Shown here in pieces: positions 8,543 to 16,276 of a stretch of 37,442 nt of DNA (position 1 is its first letter; each line of letters begins with the position of its first letter). This stretch comes from Entomomonas sp. (GTDB taxonomy: Bacteria > Pseudomonadota > Gammaproteobacteria > Pseudomonadales > Pseudomonadaceae), in assembly GCA_040391985.1 (NCBI GenBank), contig JBEBWU010000001.1, forward strand, positions 1-37,442. The letters are read 5' to 3'. Position numbers and translations under genes: made by a program. The notes under the pieces are model-generated. The model worked only from the letters and a program-made list of their open reading frames with translations. It was not told the origin of the DNA and ran no database searches.

Positions 8543-8748
8543 GCGTCAGCATTTTGTTTATTAACTTGTTTTAACCAAATATCAAAGGCACTCTCAAAGC
8601 TAATACTCATATCATCAGCGATTGCTTGTACTTCTTCGCATTCGCTACCTGTAAGCATTTCAATACCTGCGGTATCCCATTCTTTAGGGCTTGCGTTGTC
8701 GTATTGGATTTGTGAGTTATGCATTTTTGAATTGCCCGTAATTCTCAT
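8524..8748 (-). CDS. Hypothetical protein, first gene of the leftward (PL) operon
   Basis: Immediately downstream of PL; start may be the second ATG at 8724. Confidence 0.6.
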   Translation of the reverse strand: MRITGNSKMHNSQIQYDNASPKEWDTAGIEMLTGSECEEVQAIADDMSISFESAFDIWLKQVNKQNADAWEWQL

Positions 8749-8800
8749 TTATGAGAATAATACAATTATCATTTGTGAGAATCAATACATAAATGAGAAA
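8741..8800 (-). promoter_or_regulatory. PL promoter with three OL operators
   Basis: 18-bp sites ATTCTCATTTATGAGAAT (8741-8758), ATTATCATTTGTGAGAAT (8765-8782) and CAATACATAAATGAGAAA (8783-8800). Minus-strand TTGATT (8785-8780), 17 bp spacer, TATTAT (8762-8757). Confidence 0.82.
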
Positions 8801-8850
8801 TTTTTGTTATTTTTTTATAAGTGATTGAAAAGTATTAAATTAAATTTTGT

Positions 8851-8973
8851 TTATTTGAGGAGGATATAGAGTAGAGGGCCAATTAATAAAGCAAAGCAAA
8901 GCCACAGAAGAAAAAGACTTAATTCTCTTTTTCTTCCACGCGAGAGATTATCAAAGAATTTAAGCCAGTTCAT
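8851..8973 (-). CDS. Small membrane protein (40 aa) in the cI operon, absent from the ORF track
   Basis: MNWLKFFDNLSRGRKRELSLFLLWLCFALLIGPLLYILLK; ATGA overlap with the upstream stop at 8970-8973. Confidence 0.7.
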   Translation of the reverse strand: MNWLKFFDNLSRGRKRELSLFLLWLCFALLIGPLLYILLK

Positions 8974-9428
8974 TTAATAGCGTTACAACTATGTTTGTCT
9001 ACTTTAAATGATGATATTAACTTACCATCATTACCATAATGATTAATATTAAAACTTAAATCTTGATTTAAATATTTTTTAGCAAGAGGGTCGTCACATG
9101 CTCTATTTTTAAATATTTCATTAATAATATTCATATCATATTTTTGAAAAAATTCATTTTTAGAATAATTAATAAAAGTGTAGTCAACAAAAGCATCTTT
9201 ATCTTTATAATCAAATCTATCAAGTCTACGGTCTTTATCTACCATTAAAGGTATCACTTTATCAATTCTTGTTTTAGTCAAATATAATCCATAATGAATA
9301 CTTGAGTCATTTTCTATTACTTCTGCTCTTAATTTGTTACGCTCTATATTGCATCTTATGACAACTAAAAATATAGTTAATAAAAATAGATAACCAGCGA
9401 ATTTTAGTATTTTCTTTAGTGCTGCCAC
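8970..9428 (-). CDS. Membrane-anchored periplasmic protein cotranscribed with cI (superinfection-exclusion candidate)
   Basis: GTG at 9428 with a GGAGG RBS, N-terminal TM helix, and C-terminal PLMVDKDRRLD...ACDDPLAKKYL...HYGNDGKLISSFKVDKHSC. Strongly AT-rich. Confidence 0.7.
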   Translation of the reverse strand: MAALKKILKFAGYLFLLTIFLVVIRCNIERNKLRAEVIENDSSIHYGLYLTKTRIDKVIPLMVDKDRRLDRFDYKDKDAFVDYTFINYSKNEFFQKYDMNIINEIFKNRACDDPLAKKYLNQDLSFNINHYGNDGKLISSFKVDKHSCNAIK

Positions 9429-9429
9429 G

Positions 9430-10092
9430 CTAAACCCTCCGTCCATTCCATGCATAAATAACCTTTCCGATAACAGATAAGTTTTTAATCATTTCTTTAT
9501 CAAAGGTGTAAGCATCATAGTTATTATTATCAGCTATCATTTTTAGTTCATTTGTAAGTGATAACTGAAAACGCCTTAAATATTCTTTGTTGTTATAGTT
9601 AATTAAATAAATACCATCTTGAGCTATTTTATTTATTACCTGATCTATTAAAAGCCAGTCACCAGCATTGAAAGTAATGCTCATTGAATCGTCAGGCATA
9701 GAGTAAGCGGCTAGTTTTTGCGGATTGGTAAAATTCACTAAAGTTTTTAAATTTTCTATATTCATATTTAGACCCGTCAATACATCAAAGTAATTTCTAT
9801 TTTGAGTATTTTTGTCTAATAAGACGGGTATTGAAATAGTATTATGATCTTGTATTTTATCCGTTTTTATCGGTACAAGATGGCTAGCCTTTGACTCTTT
9901 ACCTGTTACTAACCAGTCTATAGAAACCTGTAGAACTTTTGATAAAATTGGCAAATTCTCAGCTCTTGGGCTTTTTATTTCACCATTAATTATTCTATAA
10001 ACAGTTGCTGTAGGAATCTTTGTTTTTTTAGCTAGCTCAAGGGCTGACATGTCCAATTCTGCTAATCTTTGAGTAACTCTATCACTAATCAT
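9430..10092 (-). CDS. cI: CI-like repressor (XRE HTH plus S24 peptidase-like domain)
   Basis: HTH MSALELAKKTKIPTATVYRIING...VSIDWLVTG and S24-like DDSM..TFNAGDWLLID...DGIY...VIGKV. Divergent from cro; ATG at 10092. Confidence 0.92.
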   Translation of the reverse strand: MISDRVTQRLAELDMSALELAKKTKIPTATVYRIINGEIKSPRAENLPILSKVLQVSIDWLVTGKESKASHLVPIKTDKIQDHNTISIPVLLDKNTQNRNYFDVLTGLNMNIENLKTLVNFTNPQKLAAYSMPDDSMSITFNAGDWLLIDQVINKIAQDGIYLINYNNKEYLRRFQLSLTNELKMIADNNNYDAYTFDKEMIKNLSVIGKVIYAWNGRRV

Positions 10093-10104
10093 AATCAATA
10101 ACCT

Positions 10105-10175
10105 ATTTGCATTTATGGGAATAGTATTGTATTTGTTTTCTCATTTGTGTAATATTTATTCGCATAAATGAGAGG
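10105..10175 (+). promoter_or_regulatory. OR operators and PR promoter
   Basis: ATTTGCATTTATGGGAAT (10105-10122), TTTCTCATTTGTGTAATA (10137-10154) and ATTCGCATAAATGAGAGG (10158-10175) share the OL consensus. TTGTAT (10127), 17 bp spacer, TAATAT (10150). Confidence 0.82.
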
Positions 10176-10180
10176 TTATT

Positions 10181-10378
10181 ATGAAAATATTAGAGATGCT
10201 TAAATTTTTAGTTATAGAAAAAGGAATGAAACAAGTTGAAATATCAGAAAAGACAGGTGTTTCAATATCAACTATATCAAGAAGTTTACAAGGAAAATTT
10301 AACCCTAATTATGAAAACGGAAAAGCCATAGAAGCCTTATACAACGAAGTTGTAGAAAAACAACAACAGGTTAGTTAA
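10181..10378 (+). CDS. cro: Cro-like HTH repressor
   Basis: GMKQVEISEKTGVSISTISR...PNYENGKAIEALY; divergent from cI; GAGG RBS. Confidence 0.88.
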   Translation: MKILEMLKFLVIEKGMKQVEISEKTGVSISTISRSLQGKFNPNYENGKAIEALYNEVVEKQQQVS

Positions 10379-10380
10379 TT

Positions 10381-11238
10381 ATGGCTAATTCATGGTTGAG
10401 GCTTTGGCATGATATGCCTAACGACCCAAAATGGAGAACAATCAGCAGATTATCTAAGCAACCTATTAGCTTAGTTTTAGCTGTCTATGTTCACATTCTT
10501 GTTGATGCGTCACGAAATGTCACGCGCGGTCACGTCGATGTCACGACGGAAGATTTAGCAAGTGCATTAGACGTGACAGAAGATCAAATTCAATCAATTT
10601 TTGATGCAATGCAAGGTCGAGTTTTAGACAAAAATGTTGTTGCTGGATGGGATAAAAGACAGCCCAAAAGAGAGGACTTAGGAAGCTCTGAAAGTGGTGC
10701 TAAATCAGCTGCACAGAGAAAAAGAGAGCAAAGAGAAAGAGAGAAACAAAATCAATCCGTCACGAAATGTCACGACGAGTCACAAGAAGTCACTACAGAT
10801 AAAGATAAAGATAAAGAATATATATATATATACCCTATATCCCCCTTAGGTGAAAATTCCCAAAAAACAAAACCGAAAAAGTTTGACCCGTTGACGGCTA
10901 ATCCTGAAAACGTATCAAGCGAGGTGTGGGCTGAATGGATTAAATACCGCAGAGAGCGAAAGGACAAAATTACCGAATCCACTTGCAAGGCCCAAGCTAA
11001 GAAACTTAGCGGTTTGTCACGACATGACGCTGAAAGCGTTATCAAGAGATCAATCGAAAACGGTTGGACTGGTTTATTTACCGAAAAGGTAGCGAATTAT
11101 GAAAACAATCACAGACCTAACAAGCCACTTGTCGAAAGAGTTAACGACGACCTCGCAGCATTTGAGCGAGCAGGGCAGCAGTCAAGTGAGCCAATCGACA
11201 TTACGCCAAAATTCAAAGACGAAGATATACCCTACTGA
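10381..11238 (+). CDS. Phage replication initiator (lambda O-analogous replisome organiser)
   Basis: MANSWLRLWHDMPNDPKW N-terminus, SAAQRKREQRERE, internal iterons, C-terminal WAEWIKYR...SIENGWTGLF. Confidence 0.88.
   Translation: MANSWLRLWHDMPNDPKWRTISRLSKQPISLVLAVYVHILVDASRNVTRGHVDVTTEDLASALDVTEDQIQSIFDAMQGRVLDKNVVAGWDKRQPKREDLGSSESGAKSAAQRKREQREREKQNQSVTKCHDESQEVTTDKDKDKEYIYIYPISPLGENSQKTKPKKFDPLTANPENVSSEVWAEWIKYRRERKDKITESTCKAQAKKLSGLSRHDAESVIKRSIENGWTGLFTEKVANYENNHRPNKPLVERVNDDLAAFERAGQQSSEPIDITPKFKDEDIPY
10509..10831 (+). repeat. Replication origin iterons inside the initiator gene
   Basis: GTCACG at 10509, 10519, 10529 and 10540; GTCAC(G/A/T) at 10759, 10769, 10779 and 10789; then (GATAAA)x3 and an AT dinucleotide run. 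Confidence 0.78.
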
Positions 11239-11833
11239 TCGCCAGCGCAGGGTAATCTCAAGGTTTTGGAAAAAAATGTTTGAGCTTTACGACACGAAAT
11301 GGACTAGCAAACATGGAACAGCACCAGAGGACGATAGTGTTTGGATTGTTCTGCTTTGCTCGACACCTGAACAGCTTATTGCTGAAGGGTTAAAGACTTT
11401 GATTCAAAAGGGTATGGAATGGCCGCCAACGGTTATTGAGTTTAGAAATATTTGTTTTGAAAATACGGCTAAAGCCTTTGGAGTACCGAGTTTTGAAAAT
11501 GCTTGGATTGAAGCGTTAAAGGGTGTTTATTCGCATGAAGTTGTGGAAATTGCAGCAATCAAAACGGGTGTTTTTGAGCTTCAACGCTCTAAGGCTGATA
11601 ACGTACAGCTTAAAAAGCGTTTTAATTATTACTTTGAAGTGATTTTAAATCTCTTTTCAGAGGGTAAACCGTTAGATGAAGTTAGACCTGCTTTAGAAAA
11701 TAGCTCTAAAAACGCCTCAGAGGGGTGTAATGACGTTTTAATTAATGAGGTAATGCGTTTGTATGGGTTAGATGAAAAAAACGGTTATACGGGCTTTTTA
11801 GAGGCTAAACATAATTTAAGGGGTAGAGCATGA
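11099..11833 (+). CDS. Replication protein P-like helicase loader
   Basis: FWKKMFELY..KW.SKHG...W...L...TPEQLIAEGL...EWPPTVIEFRNIC...FGVPS..AW.EA; follows the initiator gene. Confidence 0.8.
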   Translation: MKTITDLTSHLSKELTTTSQHLSEQGSSQVSQSTLRQNSKTKIYPTDRQRRVISRFWKKMFELYDTKWTSKHGTAPEDDSVWIVLLCSTPEQLIAEGLKTLIQKGMEWPPTVIEFRNICFENTAKAFGVPSFENAWIEALKGVYSHEVVEIAAIKTGVFELQRSKADNVQLKKRFNYYFEVILNLFSEGKPLDEVRPALENSSKNASEGCNDVLINEVMRLYGLDEKNGYTGFLEAKHNLRGRA

Positions 11834-12225
11834 TTCAAACTACAAGACAGCAAAGGCGACAGCTTAAAAGAGACAACCAAAAACAACCATCAAAATTAAT
11901 CGAGGTTCCAAAAGAATTATGGCCCAACACAATAGTAACAAATAAACCTATTAAAGTATGGCGTTCAAAGTTTTTCTTTGCACAACTCTATAACGAATCT
12001 AACGGCTATCAACGTTTAAGTGTTTGTAAGTCTAGTTTAAATGATGTTGGTCGTTGGGATGATGGCATAACTTGGGATGAATTAATGCAAGTAAAGCGTG
12101 AATGTGGTTTTGCTGATATAGACGCATTAGAGATTTTTCCAGCAGATAAAGACATTGTAAATGTAGCTAACATGAGACATTTATTTATTCCACCAGAGCC
12201 TATTAATTTTGCATGGCGTAAATAA
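11830..12225 (+). CDS. Conserved phage hypothetical protein
   Basis: RLSV...DGITWDELMQVKRECGF.D..ALEIFP..DIVNVANMRHL is a widespread phage motif. Confidence 0.8.
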   Translation: MIQTTRQQRRQLKRDNQKQPSKLIEVPKELWPNTIVTNKPIKVWRSKFFFAQLYNESNGYQRLSVCKSSLNDVGRWDDGITWDELMQVKRECGFADIDALEIFPADKDIVNVANMRHLFIPPEPINFAWRK

Positions 12226-12389
12226 TGCTAATCAATAATCAGCCACAACAGGACGTTAATACAAAGGAATTTTACGCATTTATTAATCACTTAATGAGTA
12301 ATAAGGGCGGTTGTTGTCATGGGCCTAGTAAGCGTTATTGTGAAACAGGTTTGAAACTAAAGAGAGAGTATGAGGAAAGCAAAAGATGA
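12225..12389 (+). CDS. Small His/Cys protein (54 aa), absent from the ORF track
   Basis: MLINNQPQQDVNTKEFYAFINHLMSNKGGCCHGPSKRYCETGLKLKREYEESKR. TAATG and ATGA overlaps fill the gap exactly. Confidence 0.7.
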   Translation: MLINNQPQQDVNTKEFYAFINHLMSNKGGCCHGPSKRYCETGLKLKREYEESKR

Positions 12390-12784
12390 TTGAATTTAAT
12401 GGATTTGAAAATATTTTAAAAACGCTTAAAGAATTTTTTAAAGATAATGAGATATTTGTATTCGTTTCAGTTGAATACTTTAAATATTTAGAAAAGCCAT
12501 TTAAAGAAATTTCTAGCTATGAGCAAAAATTAGCAATTATAAACAATAATAACTGTTATAGATGGTATGGCATACCAATTATAAAGGAATATACAGCAAA
12601 ATCATTAATTGCAATAAGAATTGATATTGATAGAGAGGCTTATATTTTGCTATTTAACCATTATGAAGATTTTTTTATTGAGTTAGCGCGTTTCTTTAAT
12701 AATAGGGCCACAGAGTTAAAAAATAAAGTTGATTTATTAGAGATTAATAACAGAAATCTTTGTACTTTGGCGTTTACAAAATGA
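12386..12784 (+). CDS. Hypothetical protein (AT-rich)
   Basis: 132-aa ORF with ATGA coupling at both ends. Confidence 0.65.
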   Translation: MIEFNGFENILKTLKEFFKDNEIFVFVSVEYFKYLEKPFKEISSYEQKLAIINNNNCYRWYGIPIIKEYTAKSLIAIRIDIDREAYILLFNHYEDFFIELARFFNNRATELKNKVDLLEINNRNLCTLAFTK

Positions 12785-13125
12785 GCGAACATGACGAACA
12801 AGTAGCATTAGTCAAATGGTTTGATATGGCTTATCCCAAGTATGCAGAGCGTTTAGTAGCAACGCCCAATGGCGGGGCAAGGAATATTGTTGTAGCCAAA
12901 AAGCTAAAAGCAGAGGGAACAAGGGCAGGGTATCCAGATTTATTTCTACCAGTAGCAAGGAAAGGTTATCACGGGCTTTATATTGAGCTTAAAAAGACTA
13001 AAGGCGGCAGATTGTCGGAAAGTCAAAATGATTGGTTACAGTTTCTAAATAGTGAGGGTTATCAAGCTGTTTGTTGTCACGGTTGGGATGAGGCAAGAGC
13101 CGTTATTATTGATTATATGAGGTGA
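12781..13125 (+). CDS. VRR-NUC domain nuclease (resolvase-like)
   Basis: SEHDEQ, TPNGGAR, EGTRAGYPDL, GLYIELK, GRLSESQNDW; ATG at 12781. Confidence 0.92.
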   Translation: MSEHDEQVALVKWFDMAYPKYAERLVATPNGGARNIVVAKKLKAEGTRAGYPDLFLPVARKGYHGLYIELKKTKGGRLSESQNDWLQFLNSEGYQAVCCHGWDEARAVIIDYMR

Positions 13126-13126
13126 T

Positions 13127-13351
13127 TTGATGATCTTTAATACTGTTTTAGGATATGTAAGTAAGCAGGGAGAAAAGTATTATTTTAGTGAAAAGCCAAA
13201 TACCAATATTGTTGTTCAATTTGATTGGTTAGAAATTCCAAAGTCATTAGCTAGTACGTTTATCAATCAGCAAGATAAGTTTAAAAATCCTATTTATGCA
13301 GATAGCGCAAAACATTTATTAAGTCGTATTAGAAAGGCTAGAGGTATTTAA
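13127..13351 (+). CDS. Hypothetical phage protein
   Basis: 74-aa ORF with a GAGG RBS, in the operon. Confidence 0.6.
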   Translation: MMIFNTVLGYVSKQGEKYYFSEKPNTNIVVQFDWLEIPKSLASTFINQQDKFKNPIYADSAKHLLSRIRKARGI

Positions 13352-13352
13352 C

Positions 13353-13610
13353 ATGTCTAGGCGTTGCGTTACTGATTGGTTTAGGGTGCTTGTTGATCTT
13401 GACTATTTGGGTGTTAAGACTACCGCTGTCTCAAGAATGATAAACGTACCTAGATCGACGGTGGCAGAATGGAAATATGGTAGAGAGCCAAAACATTCAG
13501 ACGGTGAGAAGTTAATAGTTTTGTGGTGTCATTCAATGAAAAAATCAAGAAAGCAATTACCTGTAATTGATCGTAAATCATCTAAAGCATTATTAAGCAA
13601 TCATTTCTAA
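13353..13610 (+). CDS. HTH protein, candidate late-gene activator
   Basis: DWFRVLVDL...VSRMINVPRSTVAEWK.G.EPKHSDGEKLIVLW HTH; last gene before the virion operon. Confidence 0.7.
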   Translation: MSRRCVTDWFRVLVDLDYLGVKTTAVSRMINVPRSTVAEWKYGREPKHSDGEKLIVLWCHSMKKSRKQLPVIDRKSSKALLSNHF

Positions 13611-13639
13611 TCTAAATAAAAACAAAACAAAAATCGAAA

Positions 13640-13673
13640 TGTCGGGAAGTCGTCAGTAATTTTCTATTACCTT
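13640..13673 (+). promoter_or_regulatory. Putative late promoter 1
   Basis: TGTCGGGAAGTCGTCA, with TACCTT 28 nt after the motif start; motif recurs at 17267 and 34168. Confidence 0.65.
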
Positions 13674-13753
13674 TTGGGAGAAAGGGGATTATAGGGGAAA
13701 GAGGGAAATTTCTTAATCTGTAGTTATATTCTTTACTCATAGAGGTAATTCTA

Positions 13754-14128
13754 ATGTTTACAGTACAAAGAACTGGTAACCAGTACGGTGTTGTTGATAG
13801 TAATGGCGAATTTACTGGTTTTATTGGCAAAAAGGCAGAAGCACAGGAAGAAGCAGACCGTTTAAATAAACTTGCTGATGGTGGAAATGCTGATGATGAA
13901 GCTAATAAATCTAGTGATAAAGTTGTTGGTGAAGTGTCTAGTGAAAGTGAAGAAACCAACAAGATCGAGGGCAATGCTCACGCGCGCGCGCCTTTTGGCG
14001 AATCTAAGGACAAAGAAGATCCTGATACTGCTCAAGGTGCTAAATCATCAGATACTAAACCGCAAGCAGGTGAAGCAGTGGGTGGGGTAAAGCGTCCACA
14101 ATTAACCGACAAAGGTTGGTTAGTTTAA
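13754..14128 (+). CDS. Hypothetical acidic low-complexity protein, first late gene
   Basis: GAGG RBS; 124 aa ending LTDKGWLV. Confidence 0.75.
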   Translation: MFTVQRTGNQYGVVDSNGEFTGFIGKKAEAQEEADRLNKLADGGNADDEANKSSDKVVGEVSSESEETNKIEGNAHARAPFGESKDKEDPDTAQGAKSSDTKPQAGEAVGGVKRPQLTDKGWLV

Positions 14129-14153
14129 TTATTTAAAATATTGAGGTGATGAA

Positions 14154-14414
14154 ATGGGTGTAGAAACAGCAATCGCGGTAGGTGTTGGTGCTTTGGCAGG
14201 TGCGGCAAGTTCTGGCATGATGGGAGGCAAACAAAGTACCCCGAAAGTAGTGCAACAAGACCCCGAAGCCGATGCACGTGCTGCCAAAACAAAAGCAGAT
14301 GAAGCAGCAGGTAAAGCAGCAGCACAAGCAAAGAAAAACAGAAAAGCCAGCTCTTTACTATCGACAGGTGGTGAAAGCGGTTTAGATGCTGGTAAAAACA
14401 CATTAGGCGCATAA
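14154..14414 (+). CDS. Small Gly/Ala-rich virion protein upstream of portal (T7 gp7.3-like position)
   Basis: GAGG RBS; MGVETAIAVG...SSLLSTGG...KNTLGA. Confidence 0.75.
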   Translation: MGVETAIAVGVGALAGAASSGMMGGKQSTPKVVQQDPEADARAAKTKADEAAGKAAAQAKKNRKASSLLSTGGESGLDAGKNTLGA

Positions 14415-14415
14415 T

Positions 14416-16038
14416 ATGAGTAATCTATCTGCATCTGAAATTGTACAACGATTAGAAACACTACAATCATTGCGTAAGCCACACGAGCAAGTTTGGAAAG
14501 AGTGCTTTGATTATTCGTTTCCAATTAGAGGAAATGGTATAGACGGCAGTATTGCCAATACTGATGATATTCAACGTAAAAAATCCAAGCTATTAGATTC
14601 TACTTTAACCGATGCGGCCAAGACTCAAGCAAGTGCTATTATCAGCGGTTTAACACCTGCTAATTCATTATGGTTTGATTTAGAGGTTAATGATTCAACC
14701 GATGAAGAAAAGCGATGGTTAAATAAATCAGCTAATGCAATATGGCGTAATATTCACAACTCTAATTTTGACTCATGTGTTTATGAGGGAAACCTTGATC
14801 TAATGGCCGCTGGTTGGTTTGCTTTATACATTGATGTTGATAGAGCAAGAGGCGGTTTTACTTTCCAGCTGTGGCCCATTGCTAGCGTTTATTGTGACAG
14901 CAGCAGAGCCGACCAAGTTATTAATATTGTTTATCGTTGTTATGAATTAACAGTGCAGCAGGTAGTCAATGAATTTCCTGATACTGTATCAGAGAAATTA
15001 ATAAAGAAAGCAGCAGAAAAGCCAAACGATAAAATGAAGATGGTACACGCTATTTATCCGCGCAAGTTTGGCAAGGCTGGGAGTGAAGCAAAAAACAAAC
15101 CTATCGCTTCTGTCCATGTGCTAATGGATGAAAGGGAAATTTTGCGCGAGAGCGGCTATGAAGAAATGCCCGTCGTTGTTCCTCGCTGGATGTTAATACC
15201 TGATAGCGTGTATGCGGTTGGCCCTGTTTCTGATGCGTTACCTGATGCTAAAACACTAAACAGCATTAGAAGAATGGAATTAGCCAATGCTGATCTAGCT
15301 ATTAGCGGCATGTGGATAGCACAAGATGACGGTATTCTAAACCCTAGAACAATTAACATAGGCCCTCGAAAAGTTATTGTAGCCAACTCAGTTGATAGCA
15401 TGAAGCCATTAATAACGGGTGCTGATTTTAACGTGTCTTTTACCAAGTGCGAACAACTGCAAGCACAGATTAGAAAGATCATGTTAGCCGACCAGTTACA
15501 GCCTGATAATGGGCCAGCTATGACCGCGACAGAGGTCAACATGCGTCAACAACTCATTAGGCAGTTATTAGGGCCTATCTATGGACGTATGCAAGCCGAG
15601 TATTTGCAACCCCTTATAGATCGTTGTTTTGGTATTGCTTACCGTGAGGGTGTATTAGGTGACGCACCTGAAAGCATTGTCGATAGGATGATAAACATTA
15701 AATATGTAAGTCCTTTAGCAAGATCGCAAAAGTTTGAAGAAGTGACAGCGATTCAAAACTTTGTAGGAATGACTATGCAAAGCTCACAGGTAAATCAAGA
15801 AGTTTTAGACAACATCGATTTTGATAAAGCTGTCCGTTTCACAGGTGAAGCGTTGGGTGTTCCTACTGATATTATCAGATCGAAAGAGGATGTAGATCAA
15901 TTAAGGAAAGACCGAGTAGAGCAACAGAAGAAAGCCCAAGCTGATGCAATGGCTAATCAAGCTATACAGCAAGGAGCTGACGCTTACGCTCAAACTGGTG
16001 GCAAACAACTAGCAGAGCAGCAGGTGAACAATGCCTAA
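14416..16038 (+). CDS. Portal / head-tail connector (T7 gp8-like)
   Basis: SGLTPANSLWF, ESGYEEMPVVVPRW, MTATEV, LGPIYGRMQAEYLQPLIDR, YVSPLARSQ; 540 aa. Confidence 0.93.
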   Translation: MSNLSASEIVQRLETLQSLRKPHEQVWKECFDYSFPIRGNGIDGSIANTDDIQRKKSKLLDSTLTDAAKTQASAIISGLTPANSLWFDLEVNDSTDEEKRWLNKSANAIWRNIHNSNFDSCVYEGNLDLMAAGWFALYIDVDRARGGFTFQLWPIASVYCDSSRADQVINIVYRCYELTVQQVVNEFPDTVSEKLIKKAAEKPNDKMKMVHAIYPRKFGKAGSEAKNKPIASVHVLMDEREILRESGYEEMPVVVPRWMLIPDSVYAVGPVSDALPDAKTLNSIRRMELANADLAISGMWIAQDDGILNPRTINIGPRKVIVANSVDSMKPLITGADFNVSFTKCEQLQAQIRKIMLADQLQPDNGPAMTATEVNMRQQLIRQLLGPIYGRMQAEYLQPLIDRCFGIAYREGVLGDAPESIVDRMINIKYVSPLARSQKFEEVTAIQNFVGMTMQSSQVNQEVLDNIDFDKAVRFTGEALGVPTDIIRSKEDVDQLRKDRVEQQKKAQADAMANQAIQQGADAYAQTGGKQLAEQQVNNA

Positions 16039-16276
16039 AAATAGACCAGCAAACGAATTTGATTATCAAGACTTATTTGAAAAGAATCCTTATGGTCAAA
16101 TAATTTTAGATGATTTAGTAAGTCGCTTTTCATTACCCCCATCTTTTGACGAACATAATGCAGAAATCAAAACCTACTACCGAGCAGGTCAACGTAGCGT
16201 TATCGATTTTATCCTTTCCCGTATTAACAGAGCCAACGGAGTACAAGACAATGACCCCAAACAAGAGAATGATTAA
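16031..16276 (+). CDS. Small conserved post-portal protein (Bbp19-like)
   Basis: YQDLFE..PYGQIILDDL..RF...TYYRAGQRSVIDFI. Confidence 0.75.
   Translation: MPKNRPANEFDYQDLFEKNPYGQIILDDLVSRFSLPPSFDEHNAEIKTYYRAGQRSVIDFILSRINRANGVQDNDPKQEND

Noticed and set aside
10509-10831. Short periodic repeats considered as a CRISPR or mini-array
   Set aside because: Units are only 10 bp, in coding sequence, with no spacers or cas genes; iterons fit better.
13013-13028. TGTCGGAAAGTCAAAA, a weak fourth copy of the late motif
   Set aside because: Several mismatches, inside the VRR-NUC coding sequence, and no -10 at the spacing seen in the other three.
13612-14524. Several alternative-frame and antisense ORFs (13612-13974, 13872-14090, 14125-14412, 14129-14524, 14133-14327)
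   Set aside because: Shadows of the RBS-supported plus-strand genes; no recognisable motifs.
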